Assembly (NCBI GenBank): GCA_963705455.1
Contig: CAVPJM010000002.1
Location: forward strand, 555,870-619,869
Length of the DNA stretch: 64,000 nt
DNA from: Sulfurovaceae bacterium
GTDB taxonomy: Bacteria; Campylobacterota; Campylobacteria; Campylobacterales; Sulfurovaceae
Direction: 5' to 3'
Within the stretch, counting starts at the first letter, position 1, and each line of letters opens with the position of its first letter. Below the pieces are notes generated by a model that saw only the letters and a program-made list of their open reading frames with translations, searched no databases and had not been told where the DNA came from. A program made the position numbers and the translations under genes. Shown here piece after piece: positions 36,503 to 49,671 of the stretch.

Positions 36503-37177
36503 ATGTCTAATGTGATACACGCTTCACATCTTACACTTACTTATGGTAATGCAGGAAAAGAAGTTATTAAAGATGCTAATTTTAGCATTAAAAAAGGTGA
36601 GTTTGTTTTTATAACCGGGCCGAGTGGTTCAGGTAAATCAACGCTGCTTAAAGCACTTTACGGAAAGTTGAAACCAACTGAAGGTAACCTTGTTGTAGGT
36701 GGACTGGATCTAGCGAATGTACGTCCACGTAAACTTCAAGAACTTAGAACACATATGGGAATTATTTTTCAGGACTATAAGCTTGTAAATGAGTGGACAG
36801 TGAAAAAAAATGTTGTTTTACCTCTAATGATAGCAGGATATGCTACTGAGGTACAGGATACACAGGCACATAGATTGCTTAAACACGTAAAACTTCCTGA
36901 TCATGCAGACAAGTATCCATTGGAACTGAGTGGTGGTGAGCAGCAGCGTGTAGGTGTAGCAAGAGCGTTGGCAAAAAATCCGGTGCTGATACTTGCAGAT
37001 GAACCTACAGGTAACCTTGATGACTATTCATCAAATGTGATTTGGGATTTGATGGAAAATGCATGTCAGCAGCTTGATACAACAGTCTTGGTCGTAACAC
37101 ACAAAATCCCAACGATTTTTTCCTTACCATACAGACACTTTATTATAGAGAGCAAGGGTGTGTATGAAGTTCATTAA
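36503..37177 (+). CDS. ftsE: Cell division ATP-binding protein FtsE
   Basis: [32 protein letters not shown]. Confidence 0.92.
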   Translation: MSNVIHASHLTLTYGNAGKEVIKDANFSIKKGEFVFITGPSGSGKSTLLKALYGKLKPTEGNLVVGGLDLANVRPRKLQELRTHMGIIFQDYKLVNEWTVKKNVVLPLMIAGYATEVQDTQAHRLLKHVKLPDHADKYPLELSGGEQQRVGVARALAKNPVLILADEPTGNLDDYSSNVIWDLMENACQQLDTTVLVVTHKIPTIFSLPYRHFIIESKGVYEVH

Positions 37178-37980
37178 AAATCATCTTATGTTTATTTTGC
37201 CACTTATGGCAATTTTATTAGGTATTGAGTTCTATCTGGTCTTTGAACGTACAACAAACTACGTATGAAAAAGGTCTTAAAGAGGGCTATTCTATGCTGG
37301 CTGTAACCAAAAAGCCTATGGAACTTTCATCTTTTCAAGCACTCAATGATCATATCAGTAGTTCTGAACAAATAGAGCGTGAAAGTATTGTTTCAGAGGT
37401 AGCTAAAGGTGTAAGTAAAAGCAGCAGCAAAGAGATAGTGGCAGCACTTCCCTATTTTTATAACCTTGGATTGGATTCTTATCTCCATACTTCAGAATTA
37501 GAAGATATCAAAAAAGATCTTGAATCTGATACCAATATCAAAAAAGTTGAAACATTTGGCAGTAGTTATCAATCTAGTTATAGACTTTTTTCTTTCATTA
37601 AATTTATGTTAAAAGTATTTATCATTTTCATGGCAGTTGTGAGTCTTTTTCTTATTATCAAACAGATGGAGATATGGAAATATGCACACAAAGAACGTAT
37701 GCAGGTCATGGAGATATTCGGTGCACCCTTGATGCTTAGATCCGGTGTACTTTTTAGAGTAGCTTTTATAGATGCAATAATTTCGACCATATTGGTCTCT
37801 GCAATTTTCTTTTATACCAAGTTTTACTGGGCTACCCAAAGCGGGATAGACATCATGATGCAAAACCAGGAAGCACTTTTTAAATACAGTGATATAGGTA
37901 TTTTGTTAGCTTCTGCTGTGTTGATCGTTATTATTGCTGTTTACACGGTTGTGTTTAGTAGTAAGGGAGTACAGGAGTGA
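37164..37980 (+). CDS. ftsX: Cell division permease FtsX, frameshift near the N-terminus
   Basis: TM pattern, MEIFGA motif, follows ftsE. Confidence 0.85.
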
Positions 37981-39345
37981 AATCCTTTATTCTGATCAGT
38001 TTTGTAGCTATAGGGTTACTTCATGGTGCATCAACCACAACAAAGATAGAAAACTCCAAAAAAAATCTCTCTGCTACATCGGTTGCTAAAAATAAGGCAA
38101 GCAGGCAACTTAGTAAGATTGCTAAAGATATACAAGTTACAGAGAAGGATATTGTCTATCTTGAAAAGAAGATGGGTGAGCTTGAAAAAGATCAAGAAAA
38201 AAGTGAACAAGAGTATGAATTATTAAAAACCGAATTAAGTCGATCTGAAAAAGATTTAAAGATGACAAGTCAGGCATTAGAGGAAAAACATAAAGCATTT
38301 ATCACTTTGCTTTCCGAACAATTTTCAATCGTCTTTGCAATGGATCAGGCACATGCACCTACTAAAGAATCTATACTGTTGCAAGAAGTCTATATTGCAT
38401 ACAAAAACTATAATACCAAGATATTATCTGAATTAAGAACAGATATTGGAATGCTTAAAAAAACAAAAAGATAATAAGACTGTTCAACGTAATAAAACCA
38501 AAAATGAGATTGCACGTATAGTGAAAAAAAGAGATGATTATGCACAAAAAAAGCTGGCGAAAGAGAAGTTACGTAAAAAGCTTACTGCAGATGAAGAGAA
38601 ATATAATATAGAGCTTGCAAAGATAGTAGATAAACAGAACTCTCTTCGATCTACTTTGGCTCAACTCAATATTTTACACAAACAAGAGGTAATTGAAGCA
38701 CGTAAGAGAGCTGAAGCTGAAAAAGAAGCAATGCGCCTTGAAAAAGAGAGACAAAGAGAGATACGTGAAGCCAAAGTATTGGCCCGTGCCAAAGAAAGAA
38801 AAGCCCAAGAGGCTTTGAGGCAAGCAAAAACTGAACAAGAGAGAAAAAAAGCACGTTTAGCTGCTGCTGAAGCAAGAAAAGAAGAGCAGAAAGTATATAA
38901 AGAGAGTGAAAAAGTAAGGCAGGTAAACTCTTCTTATAAAAAGTCTAAAACCTATGCGTATAGAGGTGGAAAAACGATTTCTCCATTGCCTGGTGCGAAA
39001 TTAGTAAAGAAGTTTGGTACCTATGTGGACCCAATCTACAAGATAAAGATCTTTAATGAGTCTATTACTTTGAAATCACCTGTTACAAATTCAAAAGTAC
39101 AAAACATACTAAATGGAAAAGTGGTCTTTGCAGGGAAAAGTAGTATGTTAGGTAAGGTTGTTGTTGTATCACATAGTAAAAAGATACATACAGTATATGC
39201 CGGTCTCTCTAAAATCGCACCTACTATCCATGTAGGTGCAAAGATACAAAAAGGGTATGTAGTTGGAAAAGTGAATGAAAAGCTCATTTTCCAAGCGACA
39301 AAAGATTCCAAACATATTGACCCATTGAATTTGATATCGATATAG
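37977..39345 (+). CDS. envC: EnvC-like coiled-coil / degenerate M23 amidase activator, 1 frameshift
   Basis: Long coiled coil plus LytM fold lacking Zn ligands (NESITLK, TVYAGL); follows ftsEX. Confidence 0.8.
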
Positions 39346-39361
39346 GGATTGAAGGGTTTAA

Positions 39362-40125
<764 letters not shown>

Positions 40126-40150
40126 AGAATGAAATAATAAAGGAATAGAT

Positions 40151-40357
40151 ATGAGAACAGAACAATTAACAGCAAAAGCATTAGAAAAAGTAGATTTTGA
40201 CAAATACCTTCTTGCAAATGCAGTAGGAAAAAGAGCAGAAGCTATTGCTAATGGTGCAGAAGTATTTTTAGATATAGATACATCAGGTATGAAATATTCA
40301 GATATTGCACTTCAAGAAATAGCTGAAGGTAAAATCATTGTAAGTCTAGAAGGCTAA
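40151..40357 (+). CDS. rpoZ: RNA polymerase omega subunit
   Basis: DKYLL...KRA, IALQEIAEGKI; between pyrH and spoT. Confidence 0.92.
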   Translation: MRTEQLTAKALEKVDFDKYLLANAVGKRAEAIANGAEVFLDIDTSGMKYSDIALQEIAEGKIIVSLEG

Positions 40358-40363
40358 ATTCCC

Positions 40364-42519
40364 TTGGATGCTTTTTTAGATAAAGCTAAAAGTATAGATA
40401 CTATAGAAGAGGCTAGTGCTCTTCTATGGGAACAACTGCCAAATCCTCTACCTGAGACACCTAAAAGCTTTAGAGCTTTCACTTGAAGCACATAAAGGTC
40501 AGACACGTAAAAGTGGAGAACCTTACATTGTACATCCTATATTGGTTGCAGCGATCACTGCAAAGATCTCGAATGATGAAATGATGGTACAGGCTGCTCT
40601 TTTACATGATGTAGTAGAAGATACACATGCCACTATTGAAGATTTAGAGCGTGAATTTGGATATGATGTTGCACATATGGTTGAAGGGCTGACCAAAATC
40701 GTAGAGATCCGTGATGAGGAGCTGGTTCCTTCAGGTTCAGATGAAAGACTGATAAACTCTGCACTTACATTTCGGAAAATGCTCATAGCTTCTATCAAAG
40801 ATGTACGTGTTCTTGTCATTAAACTTTGTGACAGATTGCATAATATGCTTACACTTGATGCATTGAGCAATGAGAAACAAAAACGTATTGCCGAAGAGAC
40901 ACTGGTTGTGTATGCACCTATTGCACATAGATTGGGGATATCCAAACTCAAAAACCATTTGGAAGATTTGAGTTTTCAGTACATCTACCCAGAAGATTAT
41001 AAAAATATAGATACTTATATCAAGTCCAATGCACAAAATTTAAAGTTTAAACTCAATGCTTTTATCCAAAATGTAAAAGACACTATGGAAAAAGATGGTT
41101 TTAAAAAAAATGATTTTGAAATTATCGGAAGAGTAAAACATTATTATTCCATTTACTTAAAGATGCATCGTAAAGGTGTGAGCATAGAAGAAGTACTTGA
41201 TCTTCTTGCAATTCGTATTATCGTTAAAGAGCCAATAAATTGTTATAGGGTTTTAGGACTTTTGCACTTAAAATTTACACCGTTAATATCCAGATTTAAA
41301 GATTATATAGCAGTGCCTAAAGAAAATGGGTATAAAACCATACACACTACATTGTTTGACGAAGATGGTATTGTTGAGGCTCAGATACGAACAGTAGAGA
41401 TGCATAGACTTGCAGAGTATGGGGTTGCTGCACATTGGAAATATAAAGGTGGAGATAATAGTGTAAACCTAAAATGGCTAGAGAGTTTACATTATCAAAA
41501 TGAATCGGTAGAAGAGTTCTATGAGTTGGCAAAATCAGATCTTTTTTCTGAAGACATTACCGTATTTTCTCCAAAGGGTGATTATTATACTTTACCTAAG
41601 GGTTCAGTAGCCCTTGATTTTGCATATGCAATTCACTCTAAAGTAGGGGCAAATGCAATAGATGCATTAATAAACAAACAAAAAGCATCACTTTTGACTA
41701 TTCTGAAGAATGGTGACATTGTAAATATTATTAAAGATAAGAAGCCACATTTGTATTGTTCGTGGCTTGACACAGTGAAAACATCCAAAGCGCAAGATGG
41801 TATACGAAGTGCATGTAAAGCCAGAATAAAAGAGTCGGATACTTTAAGTGCTTATAATATTTTGGGTACATTGTTTTCTCAACAGAGCACTGCAATGAAA
41901 GAACTTCTCATCAAAATGGATCACAATGATACCATTTATAAATTACCGGTTCAACTTGATTATTATAAAGATACTATACATAAAGTGGCAGATTATATGG
42001 GTACTAAAGAAGTACGCTTTTGGGAATTACTTAAAAAAGGGTATAAAAAACCGTATATTAAAGAGTTGGAGCATTTTACGTTCTTTACGAATAAGACTAT
42101 AGATGGGGTAGAGTTTGATTATTGCTGTCATCCTAAAGTTGGTGACCAGATCGTTGCATTTTATAAGGGTAGTAAAGCTATTATACACCATAAATTATGC
42201 AAGAAATCCTATAATAAAATTTTAGAGGGTCAAGAGATGATCTATGTGAGTTGGAGCGGTTCTAAACTTTCTAGATATAGACTCACCATAAGTCTTCAAA
42301 ATAAAAAAGGTATTTTGGCGGATTTACTGTCAAAACTTTCTGATCTAAATCTAAATATTTTGAGTATAGAGTTAGGTATTAGAAATTCAGAACAAGCAGA
42401 GTTCTGTCAAATAGAAGTAGAAAGCATTGAAGCTAAAAAGCAATTTCTTGCAGAAAAGATTTCGCAGACAGTTTAAATTGATAGAGATTATTAGTTTAGA
42501 TGACGCATATAATAAATAA
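40364..42519 (+). CDS. spoT: Bifunctional (p)ppGpp synthetase/hydrolase, frameshifts near both ends
   Basis: HKGQTRKSGEPY, LHDVVED, GVAAHWKYK, TGS and ACT domains. Confidence 0.96.
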
Positions 42520-42536
42520 ATAGAGGGTAGTTAAAT

Positions 42537-43736
42537 ATGGTACAAAAAGCATTAGAAGAGATCAGTAGGGGTACTGCAGAAGTCATAGATATGGAACGAA
42601 TTGAGAAGTTGGTTTCAAAATATTATGATGATGGCAGTACTTATACTGTAAAAGCAGGATTTGATCCTACTGGAGCAGACCTTCACTTGGGGCATACTGT
42701 ACTTCTTCAAAAGCTTAGAGCATTTCAAAATCATGGAGGAAGAGTACAACTTCTCATTGGTGATTTTACTGCAACCATAGGTGATCCTACAGGTAAGAGT
42801 GAAACAAGAAAAGTACTTGATAGAGAGACGATTATGGCCAATGCAAAGACTTATCAAGAGCAAGTTTTTAATATTCTTGATGAGAGTAAGACTGAAGTTG
42901 TGTTCAACTCTACATGGCTTAATGCATTAGGCGCTGCTGGAATGGTTGCACTCACAACGACTTTTAGTGTAGCACGTATGTTAGAACGTGATGATTTTAC
43001 AAAACGTTTTAGAAGTGAACAGAGTATCTCTATTTCAGAATTTTTATATCCATTACTTCAAGGGTATGATTCTGTTGAGCTTAAAAGTGATATTGAGATC
43101 GGTGGAACAGATCAGAAATTCAATCTTTTAATGGGAAGACATCTTCAGCGTGTATACAATACAGGTAAAGAACAAGCAGTGTTAATGATGCCAATCTTAG
43201 AAGGACTTGATGGTGTACAGAAGATGAGTAAGTCTTTGAACAACTACATTGGTATCACAGAAGAGCCTAATGATATTTATGCTAAAACACTTTCTGTTTC
43301 AGATGAATTGATGTGGCGTTATTATGAACTTTTGAGTGAGAAATCACTTGAAGAAATTGCTACAATGAAAGAGGATGTCCAAAAAGGCACACTTCATCCT
43401 AAAATAGTCAAGGAAAACCTGGCACTTGAACTGGTTACAAGGTTTTATAATGAAGAGTTGGCTACACTAGCTAAAGGAGAGTTTGATAAGGTTTTTAAAT
43501 CAAACCAGCTCCCAACAGATATGGATGAAGTTGAGGTAGAAGAGGGCATTTGGATATGTAAAGCATTGGTAGATGCAGGTATAGAGCCTTCTACTTCTCA
43601 AGCTAGAAGAGATATCAAACAAAATGCAGTAAGTATTGATCAGGAAAAGATATCTGATGACAAGTTAAATCTTACAGCCGGAGAGTATATCCTACAGGTA
43701 GGAAAACGAAAATTTGCAAAAGTGAAGGTGAAGTAG
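42537..43736 (+). CDS. tyrS: Tyrosine--tRNA ligase
   Basis: GFDPT, HLGH, KMSKS, S4 C-terminal domain. Confidence 0.98.
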   Translation: MVQKALEEISRGTAEVIDMERIEKLVSKYYDDGSTYTVKAGFDPTGADLHLGHTVLLQKLRAFQNHGGRVQLLIGDFTATIGDPTGKSETRKVLDRETIMANAKTYQEQVFNILDESKTEVVFNSTWLNALGAAGMVALTTTFSVARMLERDDFTKRFRSEQSISISEFLYPLLQGYDSVELKSDIEIGGTDQKFNLLMGRHLQRVYNTGKEQAVLMMPILEGLDGVQKMSKSLNNYIGITEEPNDIYAKTLSVSDELMWRYYELLSEKSLEEIATMKEDVQKGTLHPKIVKENLALELVTRFYNEELATLAKGEFDKVFKSNQLPTDMDEVEVEEGIWICKALVDAGIEPSTSQARRDIKQNAVSIDQEKISDDKLNLTAGEYILQVGKRKFAKVKVK

Positions 43737-44845
43737 TGGCATTTAAATCTTTTAAAATTGGAAAATATACCATTGAAAAGCCTATAGTACAGGGTGGTAT
43801 GGGTGTTGGTATATCTTGGGACCAGCTAGCTGGTAACGTTTCAAAAGAGGGTGGTCTCGGTGTAATCTCTGCTGTAGGTACCGGTGTCTATAAAAACAGA
43901 CAATATCTTCATAATAATGAGATGGTAGGCAAGGAGCATAGACCGCTTGATGCGATCAACTTTTACTCTTATCCGGCACTTAAAAAAATATTTGAGAATG
44001 CAAGAGAAATTTGTGGTGACAAACCTTTGGCAGCCAATGTCCTTTATGCTCAAAGTGACTACAATCGTGTGGTTGAAGATGCGTGTAGGGCAGGAGCAAA
44101 TATCATAATTACAGGTGCAGGTTTACCACTTACTATGCCTGAAGCTACTAAAAATTATCCTGACGTAGCTTTGGTACCTATCGTATCAACAGCTAAAGCA
44201 TTAAGAATTTTGTGTCGTCGTTGGAAAAAAACACATGATAGACTTCCTGATGCAGTTATTGTTGAGGGACCACTAAGTGGTGGACATCAAGGCTTTAAGT
44301 ATGATGAGTGTTTTATGCCTGAAAACCAACTTGAGAATATCTTACCGCCTGTAGTTGAAGAAGCAAAGAACTGGGGTTCTATGCCTATCATCGCGGCTGG
44401 TGGTGTCTGGGATCATGATGATATCGTGAAAATGATGGAACTTGGTGCAGATGCAGTACAAATGGGTACACGTTTCATCGGTACGGTAGAGTGTGATGCA
44501 AGTCAAGTGATGAAAAATATTATACTTGAAGCAAAAGAAGATGATATCAAGCTATTTAAATCACCAGTAGGATATCCTGCACGTGGTGTAAGAACACAGC
44601 TTCATGAAGATATAGAAAAGGGTACTGCACCAAAAGTAGCATGTATCTCAAATTGTGTTGCTCCATGTCATCGTGGTGAAGAAGCGAAAATAGTAGGTTA
44701 CTGTATTGCTGATAGACTTACAGATGCTTATGATGGTATTAAAGAGACAGGACTTTTCTTTACAGGTGCAAATGGCTATCGTCTTAAAGAGATCATTACG
44801 GTTAAAGAGCTTATGAATAAATTGATGAATGGTGAAGATAAATAA
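43736..44845 (+). CDS. fabX: Nitronate monooxygenase-family flavoprotein, likely FabX acyl-ACP dehydrogenase/isomerase
   Basis: PIVQGGMG, VEGPLSGGHQG, QMGTRF, CISNCVAPC...YCI cluster motif; position between tyrS and amiA. Confidence 0.72.
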   Translation: MAFKSFKIGKYTIEKPIVQGGMGVGISWDQLAGNVSKEGGLGVISAVGTGVYKNRQYLHNNEMVGKEHRPLDAINFYSYPALKKIFENAREICGDKPLAANVLYAQSDYNRVVEDACRAGANIIITGAGLPLTMPEATKNYPDVALVPIVSTAKALRILCRRWKKTHDRLPDAVIVEGPLSGGHQGFKYDECFMPENQLENILPPVVEEAKNWGSMPIIAAGGVWDHDDIVKMMELGADAVQMGTRFIGTVECDASQVMKNIILEAKEDDIKLFKSPVGYPARGVRTQLHEDIEKGTAPKVACISNCVAPCHRGEEAKIVGYCIADRLTDAYDGIKETGLFFTGANGYRLKEIITVKELMNKLMNGEDK

Positions 44846-44849
44846 AACT

Positions 44850-45983
44850 ATGCCGAAATTCAGTAGGTTTTTTCTTTTAATACTATTTCTGAATACACTG
44901 CTCTTTTCGGGTGTTATTAGTATGCAGAAAGCCATAGTAAAAAAAGGTGAACTGCGTCTCTTTTTTTCTAAATCGCTAAATGAACGTGATGTGAAACATT
45001 TTACGCTAAAAAACCCCCATCGAGAAATTTATGATTTTAAAAATACACGTTTAGCACATAACCGTGTACCATTGGGCTTAGGTAATAATGTACGTCTTGC
45101 TCAATATAAGCCAAATATAGTTCGTGTGGTTATTAGTGGTTATACATATTCTAAACCTATTGCATATAAGCCACTTTTTTCAAAAGATCAGTATCATATC
45201 TCTCTACCTAAAAACAGTAATAGTTTACCTGCTAAACGTTATAAAAAACCTCTATATAAGTCCAAAAAAGTAGTAAAAAATCCACACAGATACGAACATG
45301 TAGTGATAGATGCAGGACATGGTGGTCATGATAGTGGTGCTATAGCCGGAGGTAAAAAAGAGAAAGAACTTGTACTTCAAATAGCAAAGAGATTGGAGAA
45401 GCAACTTCAAAAACGTGGACATCCTGTGCATATGACACGCACAAAAGATATTTTTTTGAAACTTCCACAGCGTACTAAAATTGCAGATAATAAAAAAGCT
45501 TCGGTATTTATTTCTATCCATGCTAACTCAGTCCCTAAAAGAAAACAAAATAAAATACAAGGTGTTGAAACATTTTTCTTGCAAAACACAAAAGATGCGA
45601 AGTCACAAAGTATTGCAGAGAGAGAAAATAGATCAGTACTAAAAGGTACCACTCAATTGAGTCGTAATGTTATTATAGACTCAGTATTATCAGGACCAAA
45701 GATCGTTGAATCAAATAAACTTGCTATAGATGTGCAACGAAGGATTATTACTAATTTACGTACTAAATACAGAGGTGTGAAGGATGGTGGAGTAAGACAT
45801 GCTCCTTTTTGGGTACTTGTAGGAGCTAGTAGACCTTCCATACTTGTAGAGGTAGGATACATTTCACATCCGACAGAGCGTAAAAGACTTTTTACACCAC
45901 GTTATCAGGAACTGATTGCTAAAGGTATTGCTGAAGGTGTGGATAGTTATTTAAATAATAGAAAAAAAGAAATCGATTTTTGA
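44850..45983 (+). CDS. amiA: N-acetylmuramoyl-L-alanine amidase (AMIN + Amidase_3)
   Basis: IDAGHGGHD, EK, SIHAN, SILVEVGY. Confidence 0.93.
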   Translation: MPKFSRFFLLILFLNTLLFSGVISMQKAIVKKGELRLFFSKSLNERDVKHFTLKNPHREIYDFKNTRLAHNRVPLGLGNNVRLAQYKPNIVRVVISGYTYSKPIAYKPLFSKDQYHISLPKNSNSLPAKRYKKPLYKSKKVVKNPHRYEHVVIDAGHGGHDSGAIAGGKKEKELVLQIAKRLEKQLQKRGHPVHMTRTKDIFLKLPQRTKIADNKKASVFISIHANSVPKRKQNKIQGVETFFLQNTKDAKSQSIAERENRSVLKGTTQLSRNVIIDSVLSGPKIVESNKLAIDVQRRIITNLRTKYRGVKDGGVRHAPFWVLVGASRPSILVEVGYISHPTERKRLFTPRYQELIAKGIAEGVDSYLNNRKKEIDF

Positions 45984-46018
45984 TTAAAAGATATGTGTAG
46001 TTTAAAACAGGATAAAAA

Positions 46019-46792
46019 ATGACAAGAATTATAATTGGACTCAGTGCAATGCTTTTTTTAATAGGTTGCGGTGGTGGTCCTAGTGTTGATAGATCAGATA
46101 GTCTTATAGTAATAGATGCTGGACATGGTGGACATGACTGTGGAGCATTGTGTGATAGACAGAAGGAAAAAGATCTAGTACTTCAGATTACTAAAAAGCT
46201 TAAAAAAGAGTTTAAAAGTGAAGGTTATAGAGTTTATCTTACAAGGGATAGAGATAGATTTTTAACATTAGGGCAACGTACGAGAATTGCTGATAAAAAA
46301 GATGCACAGGTTTTCATGTCTATTCATGCAAATGCCATTGCTGATGTAAAACGTTTTGATAAGGTTGAAGGTGTAGAGACGTATTTCTTACAAGAAAGTA
46401 GAGATGAAAGATCCCAACGTATTGCTGCGAGAGAAAATGCATCAGTTCTTCAAGGTACAGACAGTTTAAGTAAAGATGTCATCATAGATGCAGTATTGAA
46501 CGGTCCAAAGATCATACAGTCACATAAGCTTGCAATAGATGTACAACAGAATATGATAAAAAGTTTAAAGAGTGATTATAGGGATGTAAAAGATGGAGGT
46601 GTAAGACCTGCACCATTCTATGTACTTGTAGGTGCAAGCAGACCTTCTATACTTGTTGAAGTTGGATATCTTACTAACCCTAAAGAGCGTGAAAGACTTT
46701 TTACCTCAAATTATCAAGAATTGATCGCTAAAGGTATTGTTGAAGGTGTGAATAGGTATCTGGATAATAGAAAAAGAGAGGTTGGATTTTAG
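46019..46792 (+). CDS. Second Amidase_3 amidase, lipoprotein with catalytic domain only
   Basis: LIGC lipobox, IDAGHGGHD, SIHAN, SILVEVGY; strongly similar to the preceding gene. Confidence 0.9.
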   Translation: MTRIIIGLSAMLFLIGCGGGPSVDRSDSLIVIDAGHGGHDCGALCDRQKEKDLVLQITKKLKKEFKSEGYRVYLTRDRDRFLTLGQRTRIADKKDAQVFMSIHANAIADVKRFDKVEGVETYFLQESRDERSQRIAARENASVLQGTDSLSKDVIIDAVLNGPKIIQSHKLAIDVQQNMIKSLKSDYRDVKDGGVRPAPFYVLVGASRPSILVEVGYLTNPKERERLFTSNYQELIAKGIVEGVNRYLDNRKREVGF

Positions 46793-46811
46793 AAAATCTT
46801 GAATAAGAATG

Positions 46812-46835
46812 TATCCTCAGGAGTAACTGAGGATA
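46812..46835. terminator. Stem-loop between convergent amidase and ppa
   Basis: Perfect 9-bp stem tatcctcag / ctgaggata. Confidence 0.6.
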
Positions 46836-46848
46836 GTAAAATTAAAAA

Positions 46849-47368
46849 CTATTTATAGTTTTTAATCGCTTTTTCTAAGATAGCTGTTGCAGCTGCTTTA
46901 TCTTGGAAACCCTGATACTTTTACCCATTTATTAGGCTCAAGCATTTTGTATGTTTCAAAGAAGTTTTTGATTCGATTCAGTGTATGCTCAGGAACATCA
47001 CCTAGATCATTGATATCTTTGTATGTCGGATCTATTTTTTCAGTTGGAACAGCAATAAGTTTTTCATCTCCACCACTCTCATCTTCAGTCATAAGTACAC
47101 CTACAAGTCTACATTTGATGTATGAACCTGCTTGAAGCGGGTAATCACAAAGTACAAGAACATCAGCAGGATCACCATCATCTGACAATGTATTTGCAAC
47201 AAAACCGTAGTTTGCAGGGTAGTGCATAGAAGAGTAAAGTACTCTATCTACTTCTACAGCACCAGACTCTTTGTCTATTTCGTATTTGATAGCCGAGTTA
47301 AGTGGTACTTCAATGATCGCTTTTACAGCATCTGGGTTTTCACCAGGTCCGATTTTAGTAATATCCAT
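46849..47368 (-). CDS. ppa: Inorganic pyrophosphatase (family I), frameshift near the C-terminus
   Basis: KYEIDK, YPANYG, DGDPADV, FFETYK. Confidence 0.96.
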
Positions 47369-47479
47369 TTGAATATCTCCATAGATTAAATTTTGGAGAT
47401 TCTAACATAAATATTATAAATAGTTTATCAAATCATGGTATTATCTTATTATTATAAAATTTAATATTTGAGGTAAAGT

Positions 47480-47992
47480 GTGAAAAAAATAGTATTATTT
47501 TTATTTTTATTTGTGGTAAGCAGTATGGCAATTGAGTTAGGAATGGTACCTAGTATAGTAACCATAGAAGGGGAAAATGGTGGAAGAATAGATGGTACGT
47601 CTTGGGAGTCTTCAATGCTTAGAGGGAAAATTTATACAGTATTTTATGTAGATCCGGATGAAAGAGATCTAAATAATCCATTAGCAGATGCGATCAAAGC
47701 TAAAAATTTCGATAGAAAAAAAGTGAATTCAGTTGCTATTATTAATCTAGCAGCTACTTGGTTGCCAAATGTAATACTGGAATCCAAACTCAAAGAGAAA
47801 CAACGAAAGTTTCCACACACTATATATGTGAAAGATAAAAAGAAAGTTTTAGTGAAAGAATGGGAACTTGCTGATGACAATTCTGATATTTTAATTTTTA
47901 ATGAAAAAGGGAAATTGATTTATAAAAAATTCGGGAAAGTCTCTGATGAAGAGATTAAAGAGGTGATTACTTTGATAGAAAAAAATCTCTAA
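47480..47992 (+). CDS. YtfJ-family exported protein
   Basis: Signal peptide, WESSML, FYVDPDE, AIINL, thioredoxin-like pattern. Confidence 0.7.
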   Translation: MKKIVLFLFLFVVSSMAIELGMVPSIVTIEGENGGRIDGTSWESSMLRGKIYTVFYVDPDERDLNNPLADAIKAKNFDRKKVNSVAIINLAATWLPNVILESKLKEKQRKFPHTIYVKDKKKVLVKEWELADDNSDILIFNEKGKLIYKKFGKVSDEEIKEVITLIEKNL

Positions 47993-48017
47993 CTTTCTGA
48001 AAAACCAATAAGTACCG

Positions 48018-49671
48018 GTGTTTAAAAAATTGGAGGATAATATTAATTTTTTAAAAAATAGAACCATTGCAAGTATCCATGTGGTAGCTATGTTTATAAT
48101 GTTTATTGTCATTATAGTTTTTTCAGCTATTGTTGCATATAAAGAGTATCAAAACTTTGAACTTGAAGCTGAAAGTATTCAATCTGAATTTATCCAAAAA
48201 CAAAAAGATACGATTGTTTTTGACACGATGCGTGTATTGAATTTTATCACTACAACATATGAACAGAATATTAAACTAAAAGATGAGACGCTTTTAAAGA
48301 AACAGATACTTCATGCCATAGAACAATTATATGGAAGACAAGATGGGACAGGGTATATCTTTGTCTATGACTTTAATGGTGTGGTACTTTCAGATCCTAT
48401 TCAAAGACAGCATATAGGTAAAAATCTTTATGATACACAGGATGCCAACGGTGTCATGGTAATCAAAGATCTTATAGATATTTCACGACAAAAAGAGGGT
48501 GGATTTGTAGAGTATCAATGGTTAAAACCTACTTCTGGTTCATTAAGTCCTAAGATCTCTTATGCAAAGTCATTTGAACCATGGGGTTGGATGGTTGGAA
48601 CAGGAGTCTATCTGGACGAAGTAGAAAAACATCTTCATATTCAAAGAGATGCACTAAAAAATAGACTTAATCAGTATTCCTTAAAAATGCTGTTTCTTCT
48701 GGGAATCCTGTTTGTGGTGGGTATTATAGGGATTAGTGATCACAAATCGTATACTTAACAAAGAGATATCTTCATTCAGTCATTATTTTAAAGAAGCTTC
48801 ATCTACGTATGCTATGATGGATAAAGAGAAGATACATCTTTCAGAGTTTCAAAAAATAGTGCCTTATATCAATGCAATGATCTCTGTGATTCATCATAGA
48901 AAAGAAAAACTCAAAGAGATGAACCTTACATTGGAATCAAAAGTTGAGCAAAAAACAAAAGATTTGAGTGAACAAAATATTTTGCTGGCAAAAGAGAAAG
49001 ATTTTAATGCTTCACTTGTGAAGGCACAAGACAGTTTCATCAAGCATTCCATTCATGAGATCAATACACCTTTGGCGGTGATCATGACCCATATTGATCT
49101 CTTTAAAATGAAGGAAGGTGAGAATAGATATCTGACTAAAATCGAAGCAGCCAGTAAGATCATTTCTAATATCTATGAAGACTTGAGTTATATGGTTAAA
49201 AAAAATCGTTTTGTTTATACTAAAAAGCATTTGAATATGTCGTTGTTCCTTAGATGAGAGGATTGATTTTTTTTCTGAGATTGCATTAGGGTAATAAACA
49301 CAATATTATTTCAGAGATACAAAATGATCTTTGGATCTATTTTAGTCCTGAAGAATTACAAAGAATTGTAGATAACAATTTATCCAATGCTATTAAATAT
49401 GCCAATAGAGGTACAGATGTAAAGGTGATACTGAAAGAAGAGAATGAAGAGATCATTTTGCGAGTTTGTAGGTATTTCACCTAAAATAGAAGATACTGAA
49501 CGTATCTTTAAAGCATTTGAACGTGAAAATGATGTACGGGGTGGATTTGGATTAGGATTGGAGATCGTTTATGCTATCTGTCAAAAAGAAAACGTTAAAA
49601 TAGAAGTAGAATCTAATGATGACTTAACGGTACTGTTTTCTTATAGATTTGGAAAGGAGGGAGCAACATGA
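48018..49671 (+). CDS. Cache-domain sensor histidine kinase, several frameshifts
   Basis: 2 TM helices; sCache_2-like GYIFVYD...DANG...GGFVEYQW...KISY...WGWMVGTGVY; H-box HEINTPL; N-box NNLSNAIKY in a shifted frame; GFGLGL. Confidence 0.9.
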
